This document shows positions 39,122 to 48,164 of a stretch of DNA of 64,000 nt, one piece after another. Both the position numbers and the translations under genes were made by a program. Origin of the DNA: a bacterium (lineage in GTDB: Bacteria; RBG-13-61-14; DATKZS01); assembly GCA_963674965.2 (NCBI GenBank), contig CAXXFL010000003.1, positions 160,001 to 224,000 of the forward strand, read 5' to 3'. A model generated the notes under the pieces. The model was not told the origin of the DNA and ran no database searches. It saw only the letters and a program-made list of their open reading frames with translations. How positions within the stretch are numbered: position 1 is the first letter of the stretch; each line of letters begins with the position of its first letter.

Positions 39122-39148
39122 TTGGCACTCGCTCATTCCGAGTGCTAC
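39122..39148. promoter_or_regulatory. CIRCE element (HrcA operator)
   Basis: TTGGCACTC-N9-GAGTGCTAC versus consensus TTAGCACTC-N9-GAGTGCTAA. Confidence 0.85.
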
Positions 39149-39186
39149 ATAGCCGGTATTTAACGGCTTTTTTGCTCCCGTTCCTA

Positions 39187-39214
39187 ATTATAACCATACG
39201 GGCCGGTTTGTCAA
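39187..39214 (-). promoter_or_regulatory. sigma70 promoter of the FmdB-family gene
   Basis: TTGACA-N16-TATAAT on the minus strand. Confidence 0.75.
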
Positions 39215-39249
39215 GCCGCTCGAGGCGCCCGCGGAAAAATTTTACCGCC

Positions 39250-40284
39250 TCATTTGTAGAAGACCGGCTGGGTAAGGGCCACCTTGCCGTCCTCGTCGGT
39301 TACCTTCACCCTGACGTAAAGTTCGTCTCCCTTGACCCGGTATATGCCGTACAGGCCCTCGGCCGTCTCCAGGACCTCTCCCTTGGCCCCTATGAACTCG
39401 ATTCTGCACGGCTTTTCCGCCTCGACCCATACCTGGATCGACTCGGCCGTGACCTTGTATTGCTGCAGAAGCACTCCCGTGGAGCTGTAAAATTTCCCCT
39501 CCCTGATGGCCTGGAGAATTTTCTCCTGACTGCGATCGAGGGCGTCAACCATGATAAATCCACCGCCCGGCGGGTCCCCGATGAGGGGGTTTTTATGCAC
39601 GAACTTGTGGGCGTCGTCCGTGGCCATGCCGTAAAATACGTAGCCTTGGGTCAGAAGCTGGTCCCACAGGGGCTCGGCCAGGGCGTTGTAGGAACCCGGC
39701 TGGGCGTTGATGACCTCGAAATGGTGAATGTTCTCGAGGGCCTTGAAGTCATCGGCGGTGACGAAGGCCAGGGGCGTGATCGGGTGGTTGAGGACCGGCA
39801 CTCCTCCCTGGGCCAGGACGTCGTCTATGGCCCTCTGGTAGGCCGTGATTTTATCCTCCCCAAAGGCCGGGCGGATATAGCTTTTTATGCCCAGGCCGTT
39901 CACGTGCCATTTCATGGTGGTGATTTCCTCGCCCTTTATATATAGAAGCCCCTCCGGGGCCTCGAGTCCCTCGTGCCAGTAGTTGTGGTCGGTGAAGACG
40001 ATGAAATCGTAGTCGTGGTCCGCGTACCAGTTCAGCGTGTTCTCCGGCGGGCCGTCGCCGTGGCGCGGCATCCTCTCCCCGTCGGTGTCGGAGTGGCAGT
40101 GGGTGTTGCCCTTGTACCAGTTGGACGCGAAGTAAGGCTCGAAGGCCATCCCCTCCCGGTTGGCCGCGGCCGGCTCGGGCATCTCGAGATATTGCTTCTT
40201 TATCTCCGGCGGGACCGAGGTCTGGGAAAAAGAAGCCCCGGGTAAAAGCAGCAAAAAAGCGAAAAGGATAAGATACTTTTTCAT
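39250..40284 (-). CDS. Secreted PHP-domain (CehA/McbA-like) metallohydrolase
   Basis: Signal peptide; WYKGNTHCHS, TDHN, GEE, NHP, TDDAH. Confidence 0.85.
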   Translation of the reverse strand: MKKYLILFAFLLLLPGASFSQTSVPPEIKKQYLEMPEPAAANREGMAFEPYFASNWYKGNTHCHSDTDGERMPRHGDGPPENTLNWYADHDYDFIVFTDHNYWHEGLEAPEGLLYIKGEEITTMKWHVNGLGIKSYIRPAFGEDKITAYQRAIDDVLAQGGVPVLNHPITPLAFVTADDFKALENIHHFEVINAQPGSYNALAEPLWDQLLTQGYVFYGMATDDAHKFVHKNPLIGDPPGGGFIMVDALDRSQEKILQAIREGKFYSSTGVLLQQYKVTAESIQVWVEAEKPCRIEFIGAKGEVLETAEGLYGIYRVKGDELYVRVKVTDEDGKVALTQPVFYK

Positions 40285-40488
40285 GGCCGACTCCTTCGAA
40301 TTTTTCCCGGCGGCCCGAGGATGGGGACCCGACGCCGCCGGCCAGAATCTATTATAGTCTATTACGGCGAGAGGAAGTCCTCAAGCCAGGCCTCCGGGCG
40401 CGGCCGCGAGTCTTGCCCATGGAACGAGAGTGTTTTTCTTCCTTTCTTTTTTCTGGAATAGCATGGCGCGCCAAGCTACAATAGCCAT

Positions 40489-42498
40489 ATGCGTCTTCCA
40501 CTCCGGGCCAGGCTTTTGTTCGTCATCGTCATCGGGGTGTTCGTGCCGATGGCGGTGTGTCTGGTTTTCATGATACGGGCGCACCGGCAAAACCTCGAGT
40601 CGGCCTTCCTGCGCCAGGGCAGGACCTTGGCCAACCAGATAATCGTCACCCGGCGCTGGCTTTCCATGCACGGCGGCGTCTACGTTTTCAAGTCGCCGTC
40701 GGTGAGGCCCAGCCCATACATGGAAAACTCCGAGACCACGACCCGCTCGGGCGATCCCATCAGTCTCAGGTCCCCCTCCCTGGTTTCCCGGGAGCTTTCC
40801 GAGCTTAGCGAGAGGGAGGGTCTTTCCACCTTCCGCATCGTGAGCGACAAGCCCATCAACCCCGCCAACTCTCCCGACGACTGGGAGACGGCGTCTCTCG
40901 CCGCCTTCCGGGAAGGGTCCCCCGAAACCCACGACGCGCCGGCCGAGTCGGACCAGACCTGGTTCAGGTACATGGCCCCCCTCCGGACCGAGGCTTCCTG
41001 CCACAAGTGCCACCAGGAAAGCGGGTATCCCGTGGGCTCGGTCCGGGGCGGCGTGAGCGTGCGCTTCCCGGTGGGCGAAGTCCTGGCCGAGTCCCGGGAC
41101 AAGGAGAAAACCCTGGCCGCGATTATGGCCTTTATCGGTCTGGCCATGATGACGCTGGTGGCCGCCGGGACCAGGAGCGTGGTCTTGAAGCCGCTCTCCG
41201 CGATTTCCCGGGCGGTGGGCGGCGTCTCGGCGGGGGACTTCGAGAGCAACCTGAGAAGAGGGGCCAACGACGAGCTGGGGGACCTGGCCGAGGCGGTAAT
41301 CCGGATGCGGTCCATGGTCCGAGACTACGGCGCGAGGCTGGAAAAGGAGGTCCAGGCCCGAACCGCCGAGCTCGAGTCCCTCAAATCCAGGGCCCAGAAC
41401 GAAAGAGACTTCCTGATCAACCTTTTCGAGAAGATGGCCGACGGCATATGCGTCCTTTCCTCCGACGGCGAGAAAATAGAGTATATAAACCCCAGCCTGC
41501 GACGGACGCTCGGCCGCTCGGGCGACCTCGAGCGCGGAGATTTCCTGAGAGAGGCGGGCCTTACCGAGGCGGGCCTGGCCGGAGGATCGGGGGTCGAGTT
41601 TTTCAGGAGCGAGATCGCCGGGGCGGACGGCTCCCGGTTCTTCGACGTTCTGGCCACCTCCCTGGACGACTCGGACGGCGACTCGGGCAGGCTGCTGGTG
41701 TTCAGGGACATTACGGACAGGAAACGCCTCGAGGAAAAGCTTATCGAGGCTAACCGCGATCTCGAGATCAAGGTCCGGACCCAAACCGACGCCCTCCTCG
41801 AGCAAGAAAAGCTCGCCGCCCTGGGCGAGGTTTCCGCGGGCCTGGCTCACGAGATCAGGAACCCCCTCTCGGCCATCTTGAGCGGCATTGCCCTTATCGA
41901 GTCCAGGCGCCGCACGCCGGAGGAGGAGGACAGGATCATCAAGCTGATCAAAAAGGAGGCGAGGCGCCTCAATTCCTCCCTTACCGACTTTCTCCTCTTC
42001 GCCCGCCCGAGCCGTCCCAAGAAGGTCAGGCTCGACCTGGCCGGCTCGGTCAAGGAAATCGTCCAGCTTATCGAGGACGACGCCGAGATCAAGGGCGGGA
42101 TCGAGATAGTAACGGAGCTCGAGGACCTGCCGCCCGTTCTTTTCGACGCCGACTCTCTTCGCCAGGTTATCTGGAACCTTTCGATCAACGCCATGGAGTC
42201 CATGAACGGGGAAGGACGCCTGATCATACGCTCCCGTGACCCCGGCGGCGGCCGCTGGGTCCTGGAGTTGGAGGACCGGGGCCCGGGGATTCCTCCCGAG
42301 GTGTCCAGGAAAATGTTCGATCCTTTTTTCTCGACCAAGCGCTCGGGCGCCGGCCTTGGTCTGAGCATCGTGAGAAGGATCGTCCATTCCCACGGCGGGG
42401 AAATCACGCACCAAAACCTCGAAAATGGAGGGTCCAGGTTCACCATAACCGCGCCCGTCGAGGCCCCGGACGAGCCGGTGGAGGAAGAGGCTTTATAA
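40489..42498 (+). CDS. Sensor histidine kinase with DUF3365 haem-c domain, HAMP and PAS-like region
   Basis: INPANSPDDWE, CHKCH, DELGDL, AHEIRNPL, NLSINA, DRGPG, GAGLGL. Confidence 0.9.
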   Translation: MRLPLRARLLFVIVIGVFVPMAVCLVFMIRAHRQNLESAFLRQGRTLANQIIVTRRWLSMHGGVYVFKSPSVRPSPYMENSETTTRSGDPISLRSPSLVSRELSELSEREGLSTFRIVSDKPINPANSPDDWETASLAAFREGSPETHDAPAESDQTWFRYMAPLRTEASCHKCHQESGYPVGSVRGGVSVRFPVGEVLAESRDKEKTLAAIMAFIGLAMMTLVAAGTRSVVLKPLSAISRAVGGVSAGDFESNLRRGANDELGDLAEAVIRMRSMVRDYGARLEKEVQARTAELESLKSRAQNERDFLINLFEKMADGICVLSSDGEKIEYINPSLRRTLGRSGDLERGDFLREAGLTEAGLAGGSGVEFFRSEIAGADGSRFFDVLATSLDDSDGDSGRLLVFRDITDRKRLEEKLIEANRDLEIKVRTQTDALLEQEKLAALGEVSAGLAHEIRNPLSAILSGIALIESRRRTPEEEDRIIKLIKKEARRLNSSLTDFLLFARPSRPKKVRLDLAGSVKEIVQLIEDDAEIKGGIEIVTELEDLPPVLFDADSLRQVIWNLSINAMESMNGEGRLIIRSRDPGGGRWVLELEDRGPGIPPEVSRKMFDPFFSTKRSGAGLGLSIVRRIVHSHGGEITHQNLENGGSRFTITAPVEAPDEPVEEEAL

Positions 42499-42582
42499 AA
42501 ATGACTCCCGAACGTCGTTCGAGTTGTGGCCAAGACCGGCGCGATAGGCTATTATCTTTAACGCCCTTGAGGAGCGAGATCG

Positions 42583-43938
42583 ATGACGCGTGAAAACATA
42601 CTGCTTGTAGAAGACCAGGAAACCACCCGCGAGTTCGTGAGCATGATTCTCTCCGACGCGGACTATAACGTGGACGTCGCCGTCGACGGGACCGAGGCCA
42701 TCGAGCGCCTTGACGAGAAGGCCTACGACCTCGTGCTTACCGACCTGAAGCTGGGGGACATCTCCGGCATAGACGTGCTGAAAAGGGCCGCGGCCCTTCG
42801 CACCCCCCCCGCGGTCATCATCATTACCGCCCACGGGACCATCGAGAACGCGGTCGAGGCCATCAAGATCGGGGCCTACGATTACCTGACCAAGCCCGTC
42901 AGCTCGGACCAGCTCCTCCACAGCATCGGCCGGGGCATGGAGCACCACCGCCTCAAAACCAGGGTGAAAAAACTCGAGAGCCAGATCGAGCGCGTGTACA
43001 GGTTCGAGAACCTGGTGGCCAAAAGCCCCAAGACCAGGCAGCTTATCGAGACCATCAGCCAGGTGGCGGCCTCGGACGCGACCGTTTTGATCGAGGGCGA
43101 GTCGGGCACGGGCAAGGAACTGGTCGCCCGCGCCATCCACGCCAACTCGATGCGCAACGACCATTCCTTCGTGGCCATCAACTGCGGCGCCATGCCCGAG
43201 ACGTTGCTCGAGAGCGAGCTTTTCGGTTACACCCGGGGCGCCTTCACCGGGGCCAACGACAACCGGAAGGGACTCTTCGAGGAGGCCCACCTTGGCTCGC
43301 TCTTCCTGGACGAGATCAGCGAGACATCGCCCGCCTTCCAGGTCAAGCTCCTTCGCGCCCTCCAGGAGGGAGAAATAAGGCGCGTGGGCGACAACAAGCC
43401 CATCAAGGTCGACGCCAGGATCATCGCGGCCTCCAACCGGGACTTAAGGGCCCTGGTCGAGTCGGACCAGTTCAGAAAGGACCTGTATTACCGGATTAAC
43501 GTTATCCCCATCCGGATACCGCCGCTGCGCGAGAGGAAAGAGGACATTCCGCCACTGGCCGAGTTCTTCATCAACAAGTACGCCAATAAAAAAGGCGGCG
43601 ACCTGCCCGGCATCGACCACGAGACCATCGAGCTGCTCGAGAAACATTCATGGCCGGGAAACGTGCGCGAGCTGGAAAACGTGATCGAGCGGGCCCTGGT
43701 CCTTACCCGGACCGAAACCATATTGCCCAGGGACCTGCCTCCCGAGATTCAGGCGGCCAGCGCCGAGCCCGGCGCCGAGGAGGAGGCCCTGAGCATGAAA
43801 CAGGTCGAGAAGCTTCACATCCTCAAGGTCCTCGATATTACGGGCTGGAATCAGACCGAGGCCTCGAAAATACTCAACATCGGATACAACACCCTGTGGA
43901 GGAAAATGAAGGAGTACTCCATCAAGAAACCGAACTGA
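42583..43938 (+). CDS. NtrC-family sigma54-dependent response regulator
   Basis: Receiver (VED, TDLKL, TAHG, KP), GESGTGKE, GAFTGA, WPGNVRELEN, C-terminal HTH. Confidence 0.95.
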   Translation: MTRENILLVEDQETTREFVSMILSDADYNVDVAVDGTEAIERLDEKAYDLVLTDLKLGDISGIDVLKRAAALRTPPAVIIITAHGTIENAVEAIKIGAYDYLTKPVSSDQLLHSIGRGMEHHRLKTRVKKLESQIERVYRFENLVAKSPKTRQLIETISQVAASDATVLIEGESGTGKELVARAIHANSMRNDHSFVAINCGAMPETLLESELFGYTRGAFTGANDNRKGLFEEAHLGSLFLDEISETSPAFQVKLLRALQEGEIRRVGDNKPIKVDARIIAASNRDLRALVESDQFRKDLYYRINVIPIRIPPLRERKEDIPPLAEFFINKYANKKGGDLPGIDHETIELLEKHSWPGNVRELENVIERALVLTRTETILPRDLPPEIQAASAEPGAEEEALSMKQVEKLHILKVLDITGWNQTEASKILNIGYNTLWRKMKEYSIKKPN

Positions 43939-43994
43939 CCGCGTCCCGGCTGCCACGCCAAAGATCGGCCGCCCTCGGAGGCCGACGCCTCGAG

Positions 43995-44906
43995 CTAAAC
44001 CTTCAAGGCCCCCACCAGGTCCCTGACGTCGCTTATGCCCTTTCTTTCCATGTACCTCTCGATACCGCTTATGGCGTTAATCGGGGCCCTGGGGTCGATA
44101 AAGCTGGCCGTGCCTATCTGGACCGCGCTCGCGCCCGCGAGCATGAACTCGACGGCGTCCTCGGCCCCGCATATGCCCCCGATCCCCACGACCGGGATTT
44201 TCACCGCCCCGGCGACCTCGTACACCATGCGCAGGGCCACGGGCTTGATGGCCGGTCCCGAGAGCCCTCCCGTCACGACGCCCAATACCGGCCTCATGCT
44301 CTCGATATCGATGGCCATTCCCTTGATGGTGTTGATAAGGCTCACGGCGTCGGCCCCCGCCTCCTCGACGGCCAGCGCCATTTGTGCCACGTCTCCCACG
44401 TTGGGCGAAAGCTTGACCCAAAGGGGCAAATCCGTCTCCTGCCTGGCCCTGGCCACCAGCTCGGCGGCGGTCTCGGGCGCGCTTCCAAAGGCGATGCCGC
44501 CGGCCTTCACGTTGGGGCAGGATATGTTCAGCTCGAGTCCGTGGACCCCCTCGGCCCGGCTCAGTTTTTCCGCCAGAAGGCAATACTCCTCCGCGGTGTC
44601 ACCGAGGACGTTGACCACCACGGTGGCCCCGCTTTCCCTCAGCCAGGGCAGCTTCCTAGCGACGAAGGCCTCGAGGCCCACGTTCTCGAGGCCGATGGCG
44701 TTGAGCATGCCGCAGGGCGTCTCGGCCATGCGGGGAGGGACGTTGCCCCGCCTGGGCTCGAGGGATATCCCCTTTACCACCACGGCGCCAAGGGCGGAAA
44801 CCGGATAACTCGACGCGAAAACCTCGCCGTAGCCGCAGGTACCCGAGGCCGTGGCCACCGGGTTCTTCATCTTAACGCCGCCCACGTCGATCTTATACGC
44901 GGTCAT
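43995..44906 (-). CDS. pyrD: Dihydroorotate dehydrogenase 1B catalytic subunit
   Basis: ASGT, MLNAIGLEN, ELNISCPN, VKLSPN, INT, GGLSGPAIKP. Confidence 0.95.
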   Translation of the reverse strand: MTAYKIDVGGVKMKNPVATASGTCGYGEVFASSYPVSALGAVVVKGISLEPRRGNVPPRMAETPCGMLNAIGLENVGLEAFVARKLPWLRESGATVVVNVLGDTAEEYCLLAEKLSRAEGVHGLELNISCPNVKAGGIAFGSAPETAAELVARARQETDLPLWVKLSPNVGDVAQMALAVEEAGADAVSLINTIKGMAIDIESMRPVLGVVTGGLSGPAIKPVALRMVYEVAGAVKIPVVGIGGICGAEDAVEFMLAGASAVQIGTASFIDPRAPINAISGIERYMERKGISDVRDLVGALKV

Positions 44907-45708
44907 CCAAAGCCTCCCAGTCGATTTCAAGAGCGTCGAAAACCGGGCCGTCCTTGCAGACCCTCAAGTTGCCGCCGGAAGAGCCGGGGATCGAGCAGGT
45001 CATGCAGGCGCCCATGCCGCAGCCCATGCGGGCCTCGAGGCTGACCTGACAGGGAACGCCGCGGGCCTCGGCGATCCGGGCCGTCTTCCTCATCATGGCG
45101 CGGGGACCGCACGCCAGTATGACCGCCTTCCCCATGCCCGGCTTCTCAAGCAGCCTCTCGAGCAGGTCCGTGGTCAGTCCCTTCTCTCCCCGGCAGCCGT
45201 CGTCGGTGCACACGGCCGCGTTGGAAACGGTCTGGGCCACCTCGGGCTCCATCACCAGGCCCCTCTCGTCCCTCGACCCGTAGATGAAGTCCACCAGGGG
45301 CGGGGACTTGAGACGGGAGATATGCCTGGCCGCCGCGTAAAGGGGGACCACGCCAAGACCGCCCGCCACCATGACGTACCTGTCCGGGTAAGGCTCGAGG
45401 CCCCAGCCCGAGCCCAGAGGACCGATCATGTCTATCTCTTGAGGGGGCCTGAGGCGGGAAAGCGCCCTCGTGCCCCTGCCCCGGACCTCGAAGAGAAACT
45501 CGACCCATGGATTGCCCTCCCCGTCCTCGCCGGACTGGAGGAGCGAAAGGGGACGGCGAAGAAGAGGATCAAAGCCCGGTCCCGCGCCCACCATAAAGAA
45601 CCTTCCCGGCTCGATGAGCGTCGAGGGACCGTCCACCTCGAGCTTCAGCCTGTATATGCCGCGCGCCGCCCTGCGGTTCTCAACGACTCGAGCGACCACT
45701 GGATTCAT
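44893..45708 (-). CDS. pyrK: Dihydroorotate dehydrogenase electron-transfer subunit
   Basis: LRRPLS, GPLG, ACGP, EARMGCGMGACMTC..CKDGPVF. Confidence 0.92.
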   Translation of the reverse strand: MNPVVARVVENRRAARGIYRLKLEVDGPSTLIEPGRFFMVGAGPGFDPLLRRPLSLLQSGEDGEGNPWVEFLFEVRGRGTRALSRLRPPQEIDMIGPLGSGWGLEPYPDRYVMVAGGLGVVPLYAAARHISRLKSPPLVDFIYGSRDERGLVMEPEVAQTVSNAAVCTDDGCRGEKGLTTDLLERLLEKPGMGKAVILACGPRAMMRKTARIAEARGVPCQVSLEARMGCGMGACMTCSIPGSSGGNLRVCKDGPVFDALEIDWEALDDRV

Positions 45709-46199
45709 CCGTCTTCCTCCAATCTTTTGGCCATGACTATGGCGTCCTCCCCCGTGTCCGCGTAATACTTTTTTCTTACCGCCACCACCGCGAACCCCAG
45801 GCGCCGATAAAACTTTACCCCCGACTCGTTGCCATGCCTGACCTCGAGCCAGACAATGGCGCCGCCCCTCGCGGCCGACTCCACGCCAAGCCGGGACATT
45901 AACAAGGCGCCCACGCCCCGTCTTCGGTATTTCGGTTCCACCGCTATCTTCAAAAGGTGGACCTCGTCCAATACCAGGTACGAGCACGCGTAGCCCGCTA
46001 TTTTACCGTCCTTTTCCGCCACGAGAAAAACCACGTTGTCCTCGCCGAAATAGGGAAGGTACATCGATATGGGCCAGGGAGTGGGAAAAGAGACCTTCTC
46101 GATCCCCAGGATATCGATGAGGTCCTTCTCGCTCGCCCTTCTCGCGACGAATCCCGGGCCCATGACGCGCGCTCTTTTCGTTTTTCCCTCTCCTTGCAT
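45705..46199 (-). CDS. rimI: Ribosomal-protein-alanine N-acetyltransferase
   Basis: IEKVSFPTPW, IAVEPKYRRRGVG, LEVR..N, RKKYY..GEDAIVM. Confidence 0.88.
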   Translation of the reverse strand: MQGEGKTKRARVMGPGFVARRASEKDLIDILGIEKVSFPTPWPISMYLPYFGEDNVVFLVAEKDGKIAGYACSYLVLDEVHLLKIAVEPKYRRRGVGALLMSRLGVESAARGGAIVWLEVRHGNESGVKFYRRLGFAVVAVRKKYYADTGEDAIVMAKRLEEDG

Positions 46200-46235
46200 T
46201 TCGCCTTTTCCCGCGGCCGCCTTCTCCCCGCGCGG

Positions 46236-47249
46236 TCAGGCGATCCTGATAACGACCTTGCCCCGATGCCGGCCGGAGGCCATGTACTCCATCGCCTCCC
46301 TGGCCCGGCCGAAGGGAAAGACCTTATCCACCACCGGCCTCATCCCCGAGAGCGCGACGGCCCGGTTCATGTCCTCGAGGACCTTGCGCGGTCCCACGAA
46401 AATTCCCTGCACCGTAATGGCGTTCATCAGGATGAGCCTCACGTTAAGCTCGGAGGACGTCCCGGCCAGCACTCCTATTACGCTGACCCTTCCTCCCATC
46501 CGGCAGGCCTTGAGGGAACGCTCGAGCGTTCCCGCTCCTCCGACCTCGATCACGTGGTCCACGCCCTCGCCGCCGGTCATCTCCCTGACGATGCCGGGCC
46601 AATCGGGGTTTTGCTTGTAGTTGACGGTCTCGTCGGCCCCGAGTTCTCGCGCCCGGTCCAGCTTTTCGTCGCTCGAGGAGGTGGCGATGACCCTGGCGCC
46701 CGCCAGCTTGGCGAACTGGAGGGCGAAGGTCGAGACGCCCCCCGTGCCCAGGGTGAGGACCGCGTCTCCCGGCTTGACGCTTCCCCTGGCGACGAGCGCG
46801 TTCCAGGCGGTCACTCCCGCGCAGGGAAGGCAGGCCGCCTCCTCACAGGAAAGGTGATCGGGTATCCCGGCCACTCCCTCCTGGCCGAGCGTCACGTATT
46901 CCGCCAAGACCCCGTCGAGTGGGCCGCCCAGGGTGGACCGGGCCTCTTCCCGGCTTGGCTCCCCCTTGATCCATCTCTGGAAAAATGAGGTACAGACTCG
47001 GTCGCCCTCTTTCACCCGCGTCACTCCCTCCCCGGTTTTGACTACCTCGCCCGCCCCGTCGGACAGGGGAGTGAGTGGAAGGGGCTGCCTCGGATTGTAT
47101 AGGCCCTTCACGGTCATGAGGTCGCGAAAGTTGAGGGACGCCGCGAGCATTCTGACGACGACCTCGCCCGGCCCCGGCTTCGGCTCGGGGGCCTCGACGA
47201 CGGCCAGGTTGTCCAGCCCGAAGGAGTCGTTAATGACGTATTTCTTCAT
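46236..47249 (-). CDS. MDR-family NAD(P)-dependent oxidoreductase (zinc-independent)
   Basis: SLNFRD, SDGAGEV, LPCAGVTAW, GTGGVS, GKVVI. Confidence 0.88.
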   Translation of the reverse strand: MKKYVINDSFGLDNLAVVEAPEPKPGPGEVVVRMLAASLNFRDLMTVKGLYNPRQPLPLTPLSDGAGEVVKTGEGVTRVKEGDRVCTSFFQRWIKGEPSREEARSTLGGPLDGVLAEYVTLGQEGVAGIPDHLSCEEAACLPCAGVTAWNALVARGSVKPGDAVLTLGTGGVSTFALQFAKLAGARVIATSSSDEKLDRARELGADETVNYKQNPDWPGIVREMTGGEGVDHVIEVGGAGTLERSLKACRMGGRVSVIGVLAGTSSELNVRLILMNAITVQGIFVGPRKVLEDMNRAVALSGMRPVVDKVFPFGRAREAMEYMASGRHRGKVVIRIA

Positions 47250-47338
47250 CCAGGGCCTCCTCGCGATCGATTTCTTTCATGGAGCCGATATTACCCTTCA
47301 TCCGGTTTTTCGGCAAGACCGGGATTTTTCAGATAAGA

Positions 47339-47524
47339 AAGCTTCTTGCAAAAGTCCCTTTCTTGGCGGCATAGCCGCTTTGGAGTGCGGTCGCTTGAGA
47401 CCGCTTTCGATGGCCTTGGCTTGACAAGGCCTATTAATACAACGGCTTGCCTCGCGTCAAGCCGCTCGGAAGAAAAGCGGCGTCGAGCCGCCGCACTCCA
47501 AAGCGGGAATTTTGCAAGAGGCTC
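47339..47524 (-). mobile_element. 186-bp MITE, copy 2
   Basis: Near-identical reverse complement of copy 1; TSD AAGA. Confidence 0.9.
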
Positions 47525-47552
47525 AAGAGTCAAAATAATATCGAAAAACAGT

Positions 47553-47580
47553 TTGACATTGAATCGAGTTAATTTATAAT
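47553..47580 (+). promoter_or_regulatory. sigma70 promoter of the RRM gene
   Basis: TTGACA-N16-TATAAT. Confidence 0.75.
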
Positions 47581-47646
47581 ATTGCCGTTGGTTCGCCTTT
47601 TATTAAGGCGGGTTGGATTTTTTTCAAGGGATCAAAGAGGTTACAG

Positions 47647-47937
47647 ATGAACATTTACGTGGGAAATTTGAGCTACACGTCCACTGAGGACAGCATCCGT
47701 CAGCACTTCGAGCCGTTTGGAGAGGTGGCTTCGGTCAAGATCATCGAGGACCGGGAAACCGGCCGCTCGCGCGGTTTCGGTTTCGTCGAGATGCCCAACG
47801 ACTCCGAAGGCCAGGCCGCCATCGAGGCCTTGGACGGCAAGGACCTTGACGGCCGTCCCATCAGGGTCAATGAGGCTCGTCCGAAAACCGACCGCCGAGG
47901 AGCGGGATCGAGGGGACCTCGCAATCGCGCGTGGTAG
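47647..47937 (+). CDS. RRM RNA-binding protein
   Basis: IYVGNL (RNP2), RGFGFVEM (RNP1). Confidence 0.95.
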   Translation: MNIYVGNLSYTSTEDSIRQHFEPFGEVASVKIIEDRETGRSRGFGFVEMPNDSEGQAAIEALDGKDLDGRPIRVNEARPKTDRRGAGSRGPRNRAW

Positions 47938-48164
47938 CTCCCCAACCTCTTTGTGAGGCCCCAAGGCCCCGAGTTCAGTTTGAGTTCGCCAAGGCCAGCG
48001 TCATCCAGACCAAGCCGTAAAAGTGGAAAAGCCCAAAAGGCCTCCGCTTACCTGCCTTTGGCCGGCAGCCCCCATGAATGTTCGTTTCGATGGTGTGAGG
48101 AAAGACTCGTCTCTAAAGTTTTAGGCCCCGCGCCTTTCGACTTGTTCCAAATATTTGTGCTAGC

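Noticed and set aside
40365-40400. GAGGAAGTCC resembling the RNase P RNA 5' motif
   Set aside because: One base short of the consensus, no 3' partner motif, and too little intergenic space.
40381-42414. Long antisense/alternative-frame ORFs (e.g. 40381-42414, 13163-14617, 14750-15955, 43650-45044)
   Set aside because: Shadow frames of well-supported genes, expected in GC-rich DNA; no recognisable motifs.
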